Source: Minisyncoccota bacterium (GTDB taxonomy: Bacteria > Patescibacteriota > Minisyncoccia > Phycocordibacterales > UBA2100). From it: DNA of 64,000 bases. The DNA lies in contig DATDWX010000033.1 of assembly GCA_036517335.1 (NCBI GenBank), forward strand, positions 9 to 64,008, given 5' to 3'. Below the pieces are notes generated by a model that saw only the letters and a program-made list of their open reading frames with translations, made no database searches and had not been told where the DNA came from. Shown here one piece after another: positions 56,596 through 64,000 of the stretch. Position 1 is the first letter of the stretch. Every line of letters begins with the position of its first letter. Position numbers and translations under genes: made by a program.

Positions 56596-57078
56596 TTACG
56601 ATTCGGCTACAATGCCAGAAATAATGTACCCCTGGCCCCATTGCCCCTCGATCTTTGCCGGCGTCAACTGACGCCGCAACTTTGCCATGAGCCCGCGCAC
56701 CGCCGTCTGCCCAGGAGGAGGGTTATTACCGTACAGATGCCGGAGCAATTGCGCGTGCGGGACAAGTTGTCCCGGCGTCCTTGCCAGACGCTGCAACGCA
56801 CGACTTTCCTTGGGCGTTAAGTTCACTCGCTTACCATCGACGGCTGCATTTCCCTCCGCGTCGACATAAACCACATGCTGGTCGTCCAGGGGTGTTGGAG
56901 TAAGCTCGAAGCCCAGCCCCGCCGCCCATTTGACGAGCTCGTCTGCCGAAGGCTGTTGGCCGCCGCTCTCCCATGCCATCAGCACGTCTGCACTGACACC
57001 ACATTTTTTGCTGGTCGCCTGCACCAATTGACCGGTTTGTTCGCGCAGCTCGCGCAACTTAAGGATCAGCGAATTCAT
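56596..57078 (-). CDS. Transcriptional regulator: XRE-type HTH fused to an OmpR/PhoB-type winged-helix DNA-binding domain (no receiver)
   Basis: N-terminus LILKLRELREQTGQLVQATSKKCGVSADVLMAWESG (HTH_XRE). C-terminus LTPKESRALQRLARTPGQLVPHAQLLRHLYG...VRGLMAKLRRQL...GQGYII (trans_reg_C). Confidence 0.55.
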   Translation of the reverse strand: MNSLILKLRELREQTGQLVQATSKKCGVSADVLMAWESGGQQPSADELVKWAAGLGFELTPTPLDDQHVVYVDAEGNAAVDGKRVNLTPKESRALQRLARTPGQLVPHAQLLRHLYGNNPPPGQTAVRGLMAKLRRQLTPAKIEGQWGQGYIISGIVAES

Positions 57079-57182
57079 CGTCCGTCTCCTCTCCTGTCTC
57101 CCGAATTCGTGGGTCTCGGAACATCCTACACCTTCATGATTGAGATCAAAAGGTCGCATTTATCATTAATTGCTCACCGCGC

Positions 57183-58385
57183 TTACACGTTTGCCAGCCT
57201 TAAATTCCCACTGGCGCGAAGAGATGCCGGATCGGCGAATTCTTTTTTGAGAGCGTGGAAATAGCCGGCTAGCGCGATCATGAGGGCGTTGTCGGTGGCC
57301 CATTCGGGTGCGGGGATGAGGAGTTGGACATCCTGTTCATCGAGTGCTTCTTTGAGCCGTTGTTTGATATGCGTGTTGGCCGAGACGCCGCCGCCAACTA
57401 AGACCGTTTGTGCGCCATGTTCCTCCACGGCTCGCAGGGTTTTCGCGACGAGCACGTCGGCGGCGGCGTCTTCAAATTCGCGCGCGATTTCTATTTTCTT
57501 TGCATACGTGAGCGTTCGACCGCCGATCACATTGCGCACTGCTGTTTTCAATCCCGAGAATGAAAAGTCGTAAGATTCATCCTTCATCATCGGCCGCGGC
57601 AATTCAAGAGGCGACACCTCTTGAATCTGACGCGAGCGAGAGGCAAGCCGTGCGATCTCCGGCCCGCCAGGATAGGGAAGTCCCATCATCCGCGCAATTT
57701 TATCAAACGCTTCGCCCACCGCATCGTCGCGCGTCTCACCAATCGTTTTAAACTTTGGCCATTCAGTAATCAAATCCAATTCCGTGTGCCCACCCGAGAT
57801 GAGTAGCGCAATGGCGGGGAATCCGGACTCGTCGATTCTTAATCCCGATACTTCGTTATATAACGAAGTATCGGGATTTGAGACTATCGCCATGGCAATA
57901 TGACCCTCCAGGTGGTTCACAGGTACGATCGGAATATTCCATACTGCGCTCAGCGCTTTTGCAAAATTTACCCCGACCCACAGCGCGGGCTCAAGGCCGG
58001 GGCCGTGCGTCACCGCGATCGCATCAATATCAGGCCTCCCATGTGTTTTTAAAAATTCTTCGAGCGCCTGAAAAAGTTCCGGTTCTCGCACCAGCAATTC
58101 CCGGATGTTCAAGGACCGTCCTTGAACCAATTGGATCAAGGACGGTCCTTGAACAGCTTGAGCGGACTGTGCGAGTACTTCACTTAGAAGCGGGACGAGA
58201 TTTTTTGCATGCTCGCGCTTGGCGAGATTGGGAAAGATGCCGCCGTAGGGGGCATGAGTCGCGATTTGTGAGTGGAGTGCGTTGCCCAGCACTTGAAATT
58301 TGAACGATGCGCCAAATGATCCTTCGGCCTCGATCAAACAAACAGCGGTTTCATCGCACGAGGTCTCTATCCCTAAAATCTTCAT
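57183..58385 (-). CDS. tsaD: tRNA N6-adenosine threonylcarbamoyltransferase TsaD (400 aa, about 55 aa longer than typical)
   Basis: MKILGIETSCDETAV, HLEGHI, GGVSAN. Carries two in-frame palindromic insertions. Confidence 0.85.
   Translation of the reverse strand: MKILGIETSCDETAVCLIEAEGSFGASFKFQVLGNALHSQIATHAPYGGIFPNLAKREHAKNLVPLLSEVLAQSAQAVQGPSLIQLVQGRSLNIRELLVREPELFQALEEFLKTHGRPDIDAIAVTHGPGLEPALWVGVNFAKALSAVWNIPIVPVNHLEGHIAMAIVSNPDTSLYNEVSGLRIDESGFPAIALLISGGHTELDLITEWPKFKTIGETRDDAVGEAFDKIARMMGLPYPGGPEIARLASRSRQIQEVSPLELPRPMMKDESYDFSFSGLKTAVRNVIGGRTLTYAKKIEIAREFEDAAADVLVAKTLRAVEEHGAQTVLVGGGVSANTHIKQRLKEALDEQDVQLLIPAPEWATDNALMIALAGYFHALKKEFADPASLRASGNLRLANV
57602..57626. repeat. Palindrome ATTCAAGAGGCGACACCTCTTGAAT in frame in tsaD (encodes QIQEVSPLE on the minus strand)
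   Basis: 10-bp arms. Same family and phase as the gyrB and rnhB copies. Confidence 0.75.
58107..58154. repeat. 48-bp compound palindrome GTTCAAGGACCGTCCTTGAAC-CAATTG-GATCAAGGACGGTCCTTGAAC in frame in tsaD
   Basis: Two 21-bp palindromes in inverted orientation around CAATTG. Encodes VQGPSLIQLVQGRSLNI. Confidence 0.75.
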
Positions 58386-58451
58386 ATATTAAGCTACAGA
58401 ATAGCGCAAAGCGAGGATTTACGCTAGAATAAAGTAATCATCTTCCCCTTT

Positions 58452-60236
58452 ATGACAACGAATACAGACATGTGGCGCAGTGACATCCCCATCGGCAAAA
58501 GTCCGTGGCGTTTTTTCCTTTTCTCGTCGCGTCCACATTGGAGGGCCGCCGTTCTCGCCATCGCGCTCGCTGGTGCCGCTGCTGCCGTCTCTGCCAGCGT
58601 CGCCTATGTATTCAAGCTCATTGCGAACGCTGCGATCGCGATCCGTGTGGGCGGTTCGTTCGACGCACTCTTTCTCTGGTGTGGCGTCTCGATCGCGCTC
58701 CTCGCGGTGGCCAAAATATTCTGGCGCGCCGGGGGATTCGCTGCGGCTCGCTGGGCGACGGGTGCCTCCGCTACTGCCCGCTTTGCGCTGATCTCCTATG
58801 TGACGCTCCATAGCCGCGCATATTTCTCGGACCGCTTTGCCGGCTCCATCATGAACAAGATCCGGCACGCCGCAACCGGCATGCGCGAGGTCGTCGACAT
58901 CTTCCTCTGGGAGTTTCTCGAGCTGGGCGTCAACGTGATCGCGAGCTTCGTTATCGTGTTTATCGTGAGTCCTCTTGTAGCATGGATCTTCCTCGGGTGG
59001 GTGGTGCTGATACTCGCGATCAACGCCTACATGGGCCTCAAGCGCGTGCCGCTCGCGATCGAAGCGCACAATATCGAGACACTCATCAACGGCGCTACAG
59101 TGGATCTCCTGACCAACGTCTCGGCGATGCAGGAGTACGCGCGCCGTGAGTACGAGATCGAGCGCCTGCGAAGCACGACAGAAAGGCGGCGCTACGCGCA
59201 TTTGCGCAGTTGGTATTTTGGCGAGTGGACGCGGGTTATCAATAGCGCTCTTCTCGTCATCTTCGGTACGGCGATGGTGTTTACCACGGTCGCGCTGGCT
59301 CAAGGTGGGTTCGTGTCGCTCGGCGACGTACTCTTGGTCGTGACCATCATCTTCCGCATCGAGGGGCTTTTGCAGTCGCTTGGCTCCAATTTTAATAAAT
59401 TTGCAGAAACATGGGGCGAGATACAGGAGAGTCTGGAAGAGATCATTGAGCCGCACGAGATACCTGACGCCCCAGAGGCCGCCGCGCTTCAGGTACCAGC
59501 GGGCGAGATCGATCTGCGTGACGTGTCATTCTCGTACGGCGGGCACCATGTGTTTGATACCATGAATCTGCATATTCCTGCACAGCAGCGCGTGGGACTC
59601 GTCGGTCGCTCGGGAGCCGGGAAATCCACACTCATGCGCCTCCTGCTTCACCACCACGATCTGCAGGCAGGCACGATCACGATAGACGGGCAGAATATCG
59701 CAGGCGTGACGCAGGAAAGTTTGCGGGAATCGATCGCGATCGTGCCGCAGGAGCCGCTGCTCTTCCACCGCACCATCAGTGAGAATATTGCGTACGGTAA
59801 TCCTAAGGCGACGCAAGAAGATGTAGAAAAGGCTGCAAAGCTCGCACAGGCGCATGAATTCATCTTACGTCTGCAGCAGGGATACGAATCCTTGGTCGGC
59901 GAGCGCGGGGTCAAGCTCTCCGGCGGCGAGCGCCAGCGGGTGGCTATAGCGCGCGCGATACTAAAGAACGCTCCCATCCTCCTACTAGATGAAGCCACCT
60001 CCTCGCTCGACAGCGAGAGCGAAGTTGCTATCCAAAAAGCGCTCGCGGAGTTGATGAAAGGGAAAACGGTAATAGCGATTGCCCACCGCCTCTCTACTCT
60101 GCGTGGTATGGACCGTCTCATCGTTCTCGATCGCGGCAAGATCATCGAAGAAGGCACACATGAAGAGTTGGTCGCACGTGGCGGCACTTATGCCGAGCTC
60201 TGGCGCCACCAGGCCGGCGGCTTCTTGCAGGATTAG
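58452..60236 (+). CDS. ABC transporter, fused permease/ATPase (MsbA-like exporter)
   Basis: 6 TM, Walker A GRSGAGKST, signature LSGGERQRVAIARA, Walker B ILLLDEATSSLD. Confidence 0.8.
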   Translation: MTTNTDMWRSDIPIGKSPWRFFLFSSRPHWRAAVLAIALAGAAAAVSASVAYVFKLIANAAIAIRVGGSFDALFLWCGVSIALLAVAKIFWRAGGFAAARWATGASATARFALISYVTLHSRAYFSDRFAGSIMNKIRHAATGMREVVDIFLWEFLELGVNVIASFVIVFIVSPLVAWIFLGWVVLILAINAYMGLKRVPLAIEAHNIETLINGATVDLLTNVSAMQEYARREYEIERLRSTTERRRYAHLRSWYFGEWTRVINSALLVIFGTAMVFTTVALAQGGFVSLGDVLLVVTIIFRIEGLLQSLGSNFNKFAETWGEIQESLEEIIEPHEIPDAPEAAALQVPAGEIDLRDVSFSYGGHHVFDTMNLHIPAQQRVGLVGRSGAGKSTLMRLLLHHHDLQAGTITIDGQNIAGVTQESLRESIAIVPQEPLLFHRTISENIAYGNPKATQEDVEKAAKLAQAHEFILRLQQGYESLVGERGVKLSGGERQRVAIARAILKNAPILLLDEATSSLDSESEVAIQKALAELMKGKTVIAIAHRLSTLRGMDRLIVLDRGKIIEEGTHEELVARGGTYAELWRHQAGGFLQD

Positions 60237-60316
60237 GCATGTTTCGGTTATGCACAGTCTCCTTGTCCCTTCTCCCTTGCCTTCTATGTCGCCAGTGTTA
60301 TCCTGAACCCATCGTT

Positions 60317-60838
60317 ATGGTGAAGAAAATCTGCTCGGGAGCAACCGCACTTCTTTTTCTGGCGTCACCCTCATTTTCCCTCGCCGCCATCCAATCATTT
60401 CCCTCTGCATGCCCCACCCTCGCACGCACGCTCGCGCGCGGTGCCCGCGGAGCCGATGTTTCCGCACTCCAAACGTTTCTCATCGCCCGGGGACTCCTTG
60501 CCAGCGATTCTGCTACGGGATTCTTCGGCGCGCTCACACAGACAGCAGTACAAAAGTTCCAAGCATCACAAGCAATCGTCTCGTCAGGGACTCCCGCCTC
60601 GACCGGCTACGGCTTGGTGGGCAAAAAGACACGCGCTGCAATCGGCCTTGCATGTACGCATACCAATTACTCCATGAACTCTGCCTCCAGCTCTGCACCC
60701 AAAGCCGCTCCTCCATCATCGCTGCAACCAGAGTGTCCTCTCGTCGCACTCCCTATCGGCAAGTCATGCAGCGGCTCATGGAAAGAAGTGAAAGACACCA
60801 AAGGCTGCACGGCTTCGTGGCAGTGTGTTGCTCAATAA
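60317..60838 (+). CDS. Secreted protein with a peptidoglycan-binding (PG_binding_1) domain
   Basis: Signal peptide. DVSALQTFLIARGLL...GFFGALTQTAVQKFQ. Confidence 0.6.
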   Translation: MVKKICSGATALLFLASPSFSLAAIQSFPSACPTLARTLARGARGADVSALQTFLIARGLLASDSATGFFGALTQTAVQKFQASQAIVSSGTPASTGYGLVGKKTRAAIGLACTHTNYSMNSASSSAPKAAPPSSLQPECPLVALPIGKSCSGSWKEVKDTKGCTASWQCVAQ

Positions 60839-60840
60839 AT

Positions 60841-63800
60841 ATGGATACACTAAAACATATAAAGCGACTCCAGATGTACACTCTTCTTTTTCTTCTTGCT
60901 GTTGCGTGTATGTTTGCACTTCTTCGTCCAACTACAGCATCCGCTGCGTGCGGGACATTGGCGAGCGGCGCCTCGCTCACACCAGGGCAATCCATAGTTT
61001 CCTGCAACGGTGCATACACCCTTGCTTTCCAAACCGACGGCAACGTCGTGCTCTATGTAGGAAAAGTATTCACCCCAGAGTACGCGCTCTGGAGCACCAA
61101 GACAAATGGCGAAGCAGCAACCCTCTTTGCCATGGAAACCGACGGCAATCTTGTCCTTTACAAAACAGGATCGCAGACCAACGACAATGCGCTCTGGGCG
61201 TCCGGATCAACACCACCAACGTTGAAGTCTGGCGGTGGGACATTCGGTAAGCCTGGTTATCTTGCCGTGCAAGACGATGGCAATCTCGTTGTCTATGCGA
61301 CGTCTGACGCCTCTGTTCTGTGGGCATCAAACACAGTACCGCGAGTGCTGAAAGAAGCGTGTGAGGTCAATTTGCCGCTGGATGGATATACGTGTTCACA
61401 CATAGCCCCTCCTTCAGCCTCTTCTCTCACGATGGACGATCTGCAGGCGATCTTAGAGGAGCAGGGACCGAATACCCCCTACGTCGAACTCTATGGAGCT
61501 TCGGCTGATGGCATTGGAATGGACGGCCTCAAAATTGTTGAAACACCCATCGGAAGCACCTATCCGTATCTTGGAGTGTTCCACCAATTGGTGGGTAGTG
61601 CTTTTGACACCTATGCCGCATATTCGACCGATCTCAAGACGTGGCACCTCCTCGGAACAATCAGGGGCGGTACTTCCGGCCAACCAGATATCCGCATTTT
61701 ACCAGACAAGTCGGTCTTGGTGGCGTACGAAATGCCATCCTTCTTTACATCGCACATTACCGTCAAATATTACTCATCGGTCGATTCATTCATCACAAAT
61801 CCGTCGGGTGCGACCGCCACCATTGATCTGCCGATGGTACCGGGCAACCAAAACAACGGAACTCCCGTCTTTGGCACGATTATTTACAATGGCAATATCT
61901 ATGATTCCACGATACAGATCACGCATCACTGGAGGAATCAACGCAGTATGGATCAGGTCGCCATTGGATACCTGACCAATTTCAGCAGCTGGACATCTTC
62001 CTCCGATAATGCAGTCAACAACAAGCTTGCCGCGCTCGGGCGCCTTCAGGTAGGCGATCGTGACGTATTTCAGGTCGGCGACACGGTTTATGAGATAGTC
62101 GAGGCCAACGCCCATGAGCCTATAGGAAATTCGGGCTGGGATACCTGGCGTAACTACCTTATCAACAGAGGATCTTCAGGTTTGGAGGTCCTGGATACGC
62201 GCAAGCTCGTGCCGATAATCCCGGGAGGTGCCTACTCGCTCGGCAATCCCACCGCTTCATTTCTCCATCTGCCAGATGGTCGCCCAGCCCTCGCATTCAC
62301 ACACTACTTATTTTATCAAGGAGCAGCCAACACACCGGCCGGTCCGCACTTGTATGTGTACCCACTCAGCACTTCCTACATTGCCCCCACATCCACCACC
62401 CCAACCCCTCTCCCTCTCCGCACCGGCGCTCTCACCGTCACACTCACCGCCAACGGAGTCACTAACCCCACCGTCGCCGAAGGTGATTCACACACTCTGG
62501 AGTGGTACAGTGCCAATGCCTCATCTTGTACGCTCTCCTACTCGCTGCCAGGCGTAAGCACCATAGGAACTATCTCACTAATACCAAATGCAGCAGGGAG
62601 CGGGACATCGCAGGCCGGCGGTACGCGGACTATCACCTGCATCGGTACCTACGGCACGACTATCACAAAGACCATAACGATCACGGTAACCCCCCCCATT
62701 ACCGCAACTTCAAACTACCCCCGCGGCTACATCGAATCCTCAACCTACGCGACTATCACCGGCTGGGCGCAGGACCAAGACATCCCGGACTCACCGATCG
62801 ATGTCCACTTCTACATCGACAAGCCACCCACAGACACCGACTTCTCTGGCTACGCGGGAATGGTGAGTGCCAAAGACTACCGAGCCGATCTGTGTAACGA
62901 AATCGGCTCCTGCAACCACGCTTTCTTATTTACTGTTCCTGCAAAATTCAAAGACGGCCTAGCGCACACAGTCTATGCTTACGGTATGGATGAAGACGGT
63001 GTCGGCGCTCACAACCTGGCACTCATACCATACGCAAGCACATCCAACATATTCCAATACCTCGCTGCTACCACGACCACATCCACCGCCACCCTCACCG
63101 CAGGTAAGCAGTCCGTAGTCTCGGGCGAGACTGTCATCCTCGTATGGGAATCCACCAACACCTCATCGTGCACTGGAACCAACTTCTATACGGGAGGAAA
63201 GAGGTTCGGGTTAGCGGGCCCCTATCCGAAAGCTACTACCACCTACTCCATCACCTGCGCTGGGAACGACGACACCTCGCCTACAGCGAGCGTGACCGTG
63301 GGGGTCGGCGCCGCAACCACCAACATATTTTATCCCCGCGGCTACATCGAATCCTCAAACTACGCGACTATCACCGGCTGGGCACAAGACCGAGACATTC
63401 CCGACTCTCCGATCGACGTCCATATTTACATCGACAAGCCACCCACCGCCACCGACTTCTCTGGCTACGTGGGAATGGTGAGTGCCAAAGACTACCGGAG
63501 CGATCTGTGTACTAACGCCGGTTCCTGCAACCACGCTTTCACATTTACTACTCCCACAAAATACCAAGACGGTATTCTGCACACCGTCTACGCCTACGGC
63601 ATGGATGAAGACGGTGTCGGCGCGCACAACTCGGCACTCACCCCATATTCAAGCACCTCCAACACATTCAAATACCTCGCTGTTACCACCAGTGCCCCCA
63701 CCATCACCTCCATCTCACCCTCCTCCGGCTCCGGTAGCGTCCCCATCACCATTACGGGCACGGGCTTCAACGCCACCCAGAACCTCGTCTTCCTAGGAGG

Positions 63801-64000
63801 AATCGGCGGCCTGTGCGGTCTCTCGTACCTCACCTCGACCGCAAGCGGCACCAGTATCGCCTGCACGCTCGGCCTCGGCGGCTGGTCAGCAGGCACCTAC
63901 TCGCTCACCGTCAAGAACGTGACGACCGGCCTTACCTCCACCGGAGTGAACTTCACTGTCAGCGCGCCGAGAGTCCTCTCGATTACCACTGTCTCTCCGA
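60841..64000 (+). CDS. Giant secreted protein: N-terminal triple bulb-type (mannose-binding) lectin, central domain, two 220-aa internal repeats and Ig/TIG-like modules; 3' end beyond the window
   Basis: Continuous ORF read by hand from the ATG at 60841 to the window end (absent from the ORF track because it has no stop). QxDxNxVxY-like bulb-lectin repeats (AFQTDGNVVLY, AMETDGNLVLY, AVQDDGNLVVY). Confidence 0.7.
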   Translation, partial: MDTLKHIKRLQMYTLLFLLAVACMFALLRPTTASAACGTLASGASLTPGQSIVSCNGAYTLAFQTDGNVVLYVGKVFTPEYALWSTKTNGEAATLFAMETDGNLVLYKTGSQTNDNALWASGSTPPTLKSGGGTFGKPGYLAVQDDGNLVVYATSDASVLWASNTVPRVLKEACEVNLPLDGYTCSHIAPPSASSLTMDDLQAILEEQGPNTPYVELYGASADGIGMDGLKIVETPIGSTYPYLGVFHQLVGSAFDTYAAYSTDLKTWHLLGTIRGGTSGQPDIRILPDKSVLVAYEMPSFFTSHITVKYYSSVDSFITNPSGATATIDLPMVPGNQNNGTPVFGTIIYNGNIYDSTIQITHHWRNQRSMDQVAIGYLTNFSSWTSSSDNAVNNKLAALGRLQVGDRDVFQVGDTVYEIVEANAHEPIGNSGWDTWRNYLINRGSSGLEVLDTRKLVPIIPGGAYSLGNPTASFLHLPDGRPALAFTHYLFYQGAANTPAGPHLYVYPLSTSYIAPTSTTPTPLPLRTGALTVTLTANGVTNPTVAEGDSHTLEWYSANASSCTLSYSLPGVSTIGTISLIPNAAGSGTSQAGGTRTITCIGTYGTTITKTITITVTPPITATSNYPRGYIESSTYATITGWAQDQDIPDSPIDVHFYIDKPPTDTDFSGYAGMVSAKDYRADLCNEIGSCNHAFLFTVPAKFKDGLAHTVYAYGMDEDGVGAHNLALIPYASTSNIFQYLAATTTTSTATLTAGKQSVVSGETVILVWESTNTSSCTGTNFYTGGKRFGLAGPYPKATTTYSITCAGNDDTSPTASVTVGVGAATTNIFYPRGYIESSNYATITGWAQDRDIPDSPIDVHIYIDKPPTATDFSGYVGMVSAKDYRSDLCTNAGSCNHAFTFTTPTKYQDGILHTVYAYGMDEDGVGAHNSALTPYSSTSNTFKYLAVTTSAPTITSISPSSGSGSVPITITGTGFNATQNLVFLGGIGGLCGLSYLTSTASGTSIACTLGLGGWSAGTYSLTVKNVTTGLTSTGVNFTVSAPRVLSITTVSP
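62700..63700 (+). repeat. Two roughly 380-bp direct repeats (62700-63090 and 63330-63700, about 90% identical) inside the lectin-protein gene
   Basis: Both encode YPRGYIESS.YATITGWAQD.DIPDSPIDVH.YIDKPPT.TDFSGY.GMVSAKDYR.DLC... Confidence 0.7.

Noticed and set aside
62228-63515. ORFs 62228-62557, 62502-62897 and 63144-63515 (HRLLWLRGNGECQRLP...)
   Set aside because: They are wrong-frame products of the internal repeat. The frame starting at 60841 stays open through the whole region and encodes coherent lectin and Ig-like domains.
1-64000. CRISPR arrays, rRNA and tRNA genes
   Set aside because: There are no regularly spaced direct repeats, no rRNA-like conserved blocks, and no tRNA T-arm/acceptor patterns in any intergenic region.

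Overview
This 64-kb window (about 57% GC overall) is a dense, mostly housekeeping bacterial locus. The compact or truncated genes point to a reduced-genome, CPR/Patescibacteria-like organism; that placement is inference only. The clearer examples are a 413-aa ThrRS, 626-aa PheT, 707-aa ValRS, 731-aa SMC and 1079-aa DnaE.

Recognisable genes: pheS-pheT, gyrB, a sortase, a response-regulator/histidine-kinase pair, thrS, dnaE, rnhB, rpmF, a NusB-NUDIX fusion, rnc, a short smc, rpsP, a KH-domain protein, trmD, rpoB-rpoC, dnaG-rpoD, a hicB-hicA pair, valS, tsaD, an ABC exporter, and several giant secreted proteins. The secreted proteins include a 1440-aa beta-helix protein, a bulb-lectin protein running off the window end, and a YVDTTTPY-repeat protein. 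Near-consensus TTGACA-16/17-TATAAT promoters and clean intrinsic terminators are readable. I found no rRNA, tRNA or CRISPR array.

What the genes do not explain is an unusual load of palindromic repeats and recoded duplications:
- Two paralogous RAYT/IS200-like HUH-Y1 transposase genes (36666-37328 on the minus strand, 51760-52422 on the plus strand). Each is bracketed by its own REP-like palindrome family, and one palindrome copy sits inside the transposase coding sequence.
- A family of 24-27 bp perfect palindromes (TTCAAGAGGCG-N-CGCCTCTTGAA) lying in frame inside gyrB, rnhB and tsaD (all three encode IQE[AV][TS]PLE in the same phase), with a variant in trmD. A separate 48-bp compound palindrome also lies in tsaD.
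- A 90-bp GC-rich palindrome inserted in frame in a GT2 glycosyltransferase gene, with related hairpins in the 250-680 intergenic region.
- Three cases where the last 15-20 codons of a gene (trmD, rpoD, a PD-(D/E)XK nuclease) recur downstream as a synonymously recoded copy. The copies bracket inserted cargo: a 48-bp hairpin, a hicBA cassette, and a 4.5-kb giant surface-protein gene. This looks like scars of gene-3'-end-targeted integration.

Also notable: a high-GC (about 66%) islet at 10.75-12.8 kb with a small secreted 4-Cys peptide and membrane proteins; a tandem paralogue pair with a duplicated 150-nt leader; and a 450-nt structured leader with an internal terminator upstream of valS.
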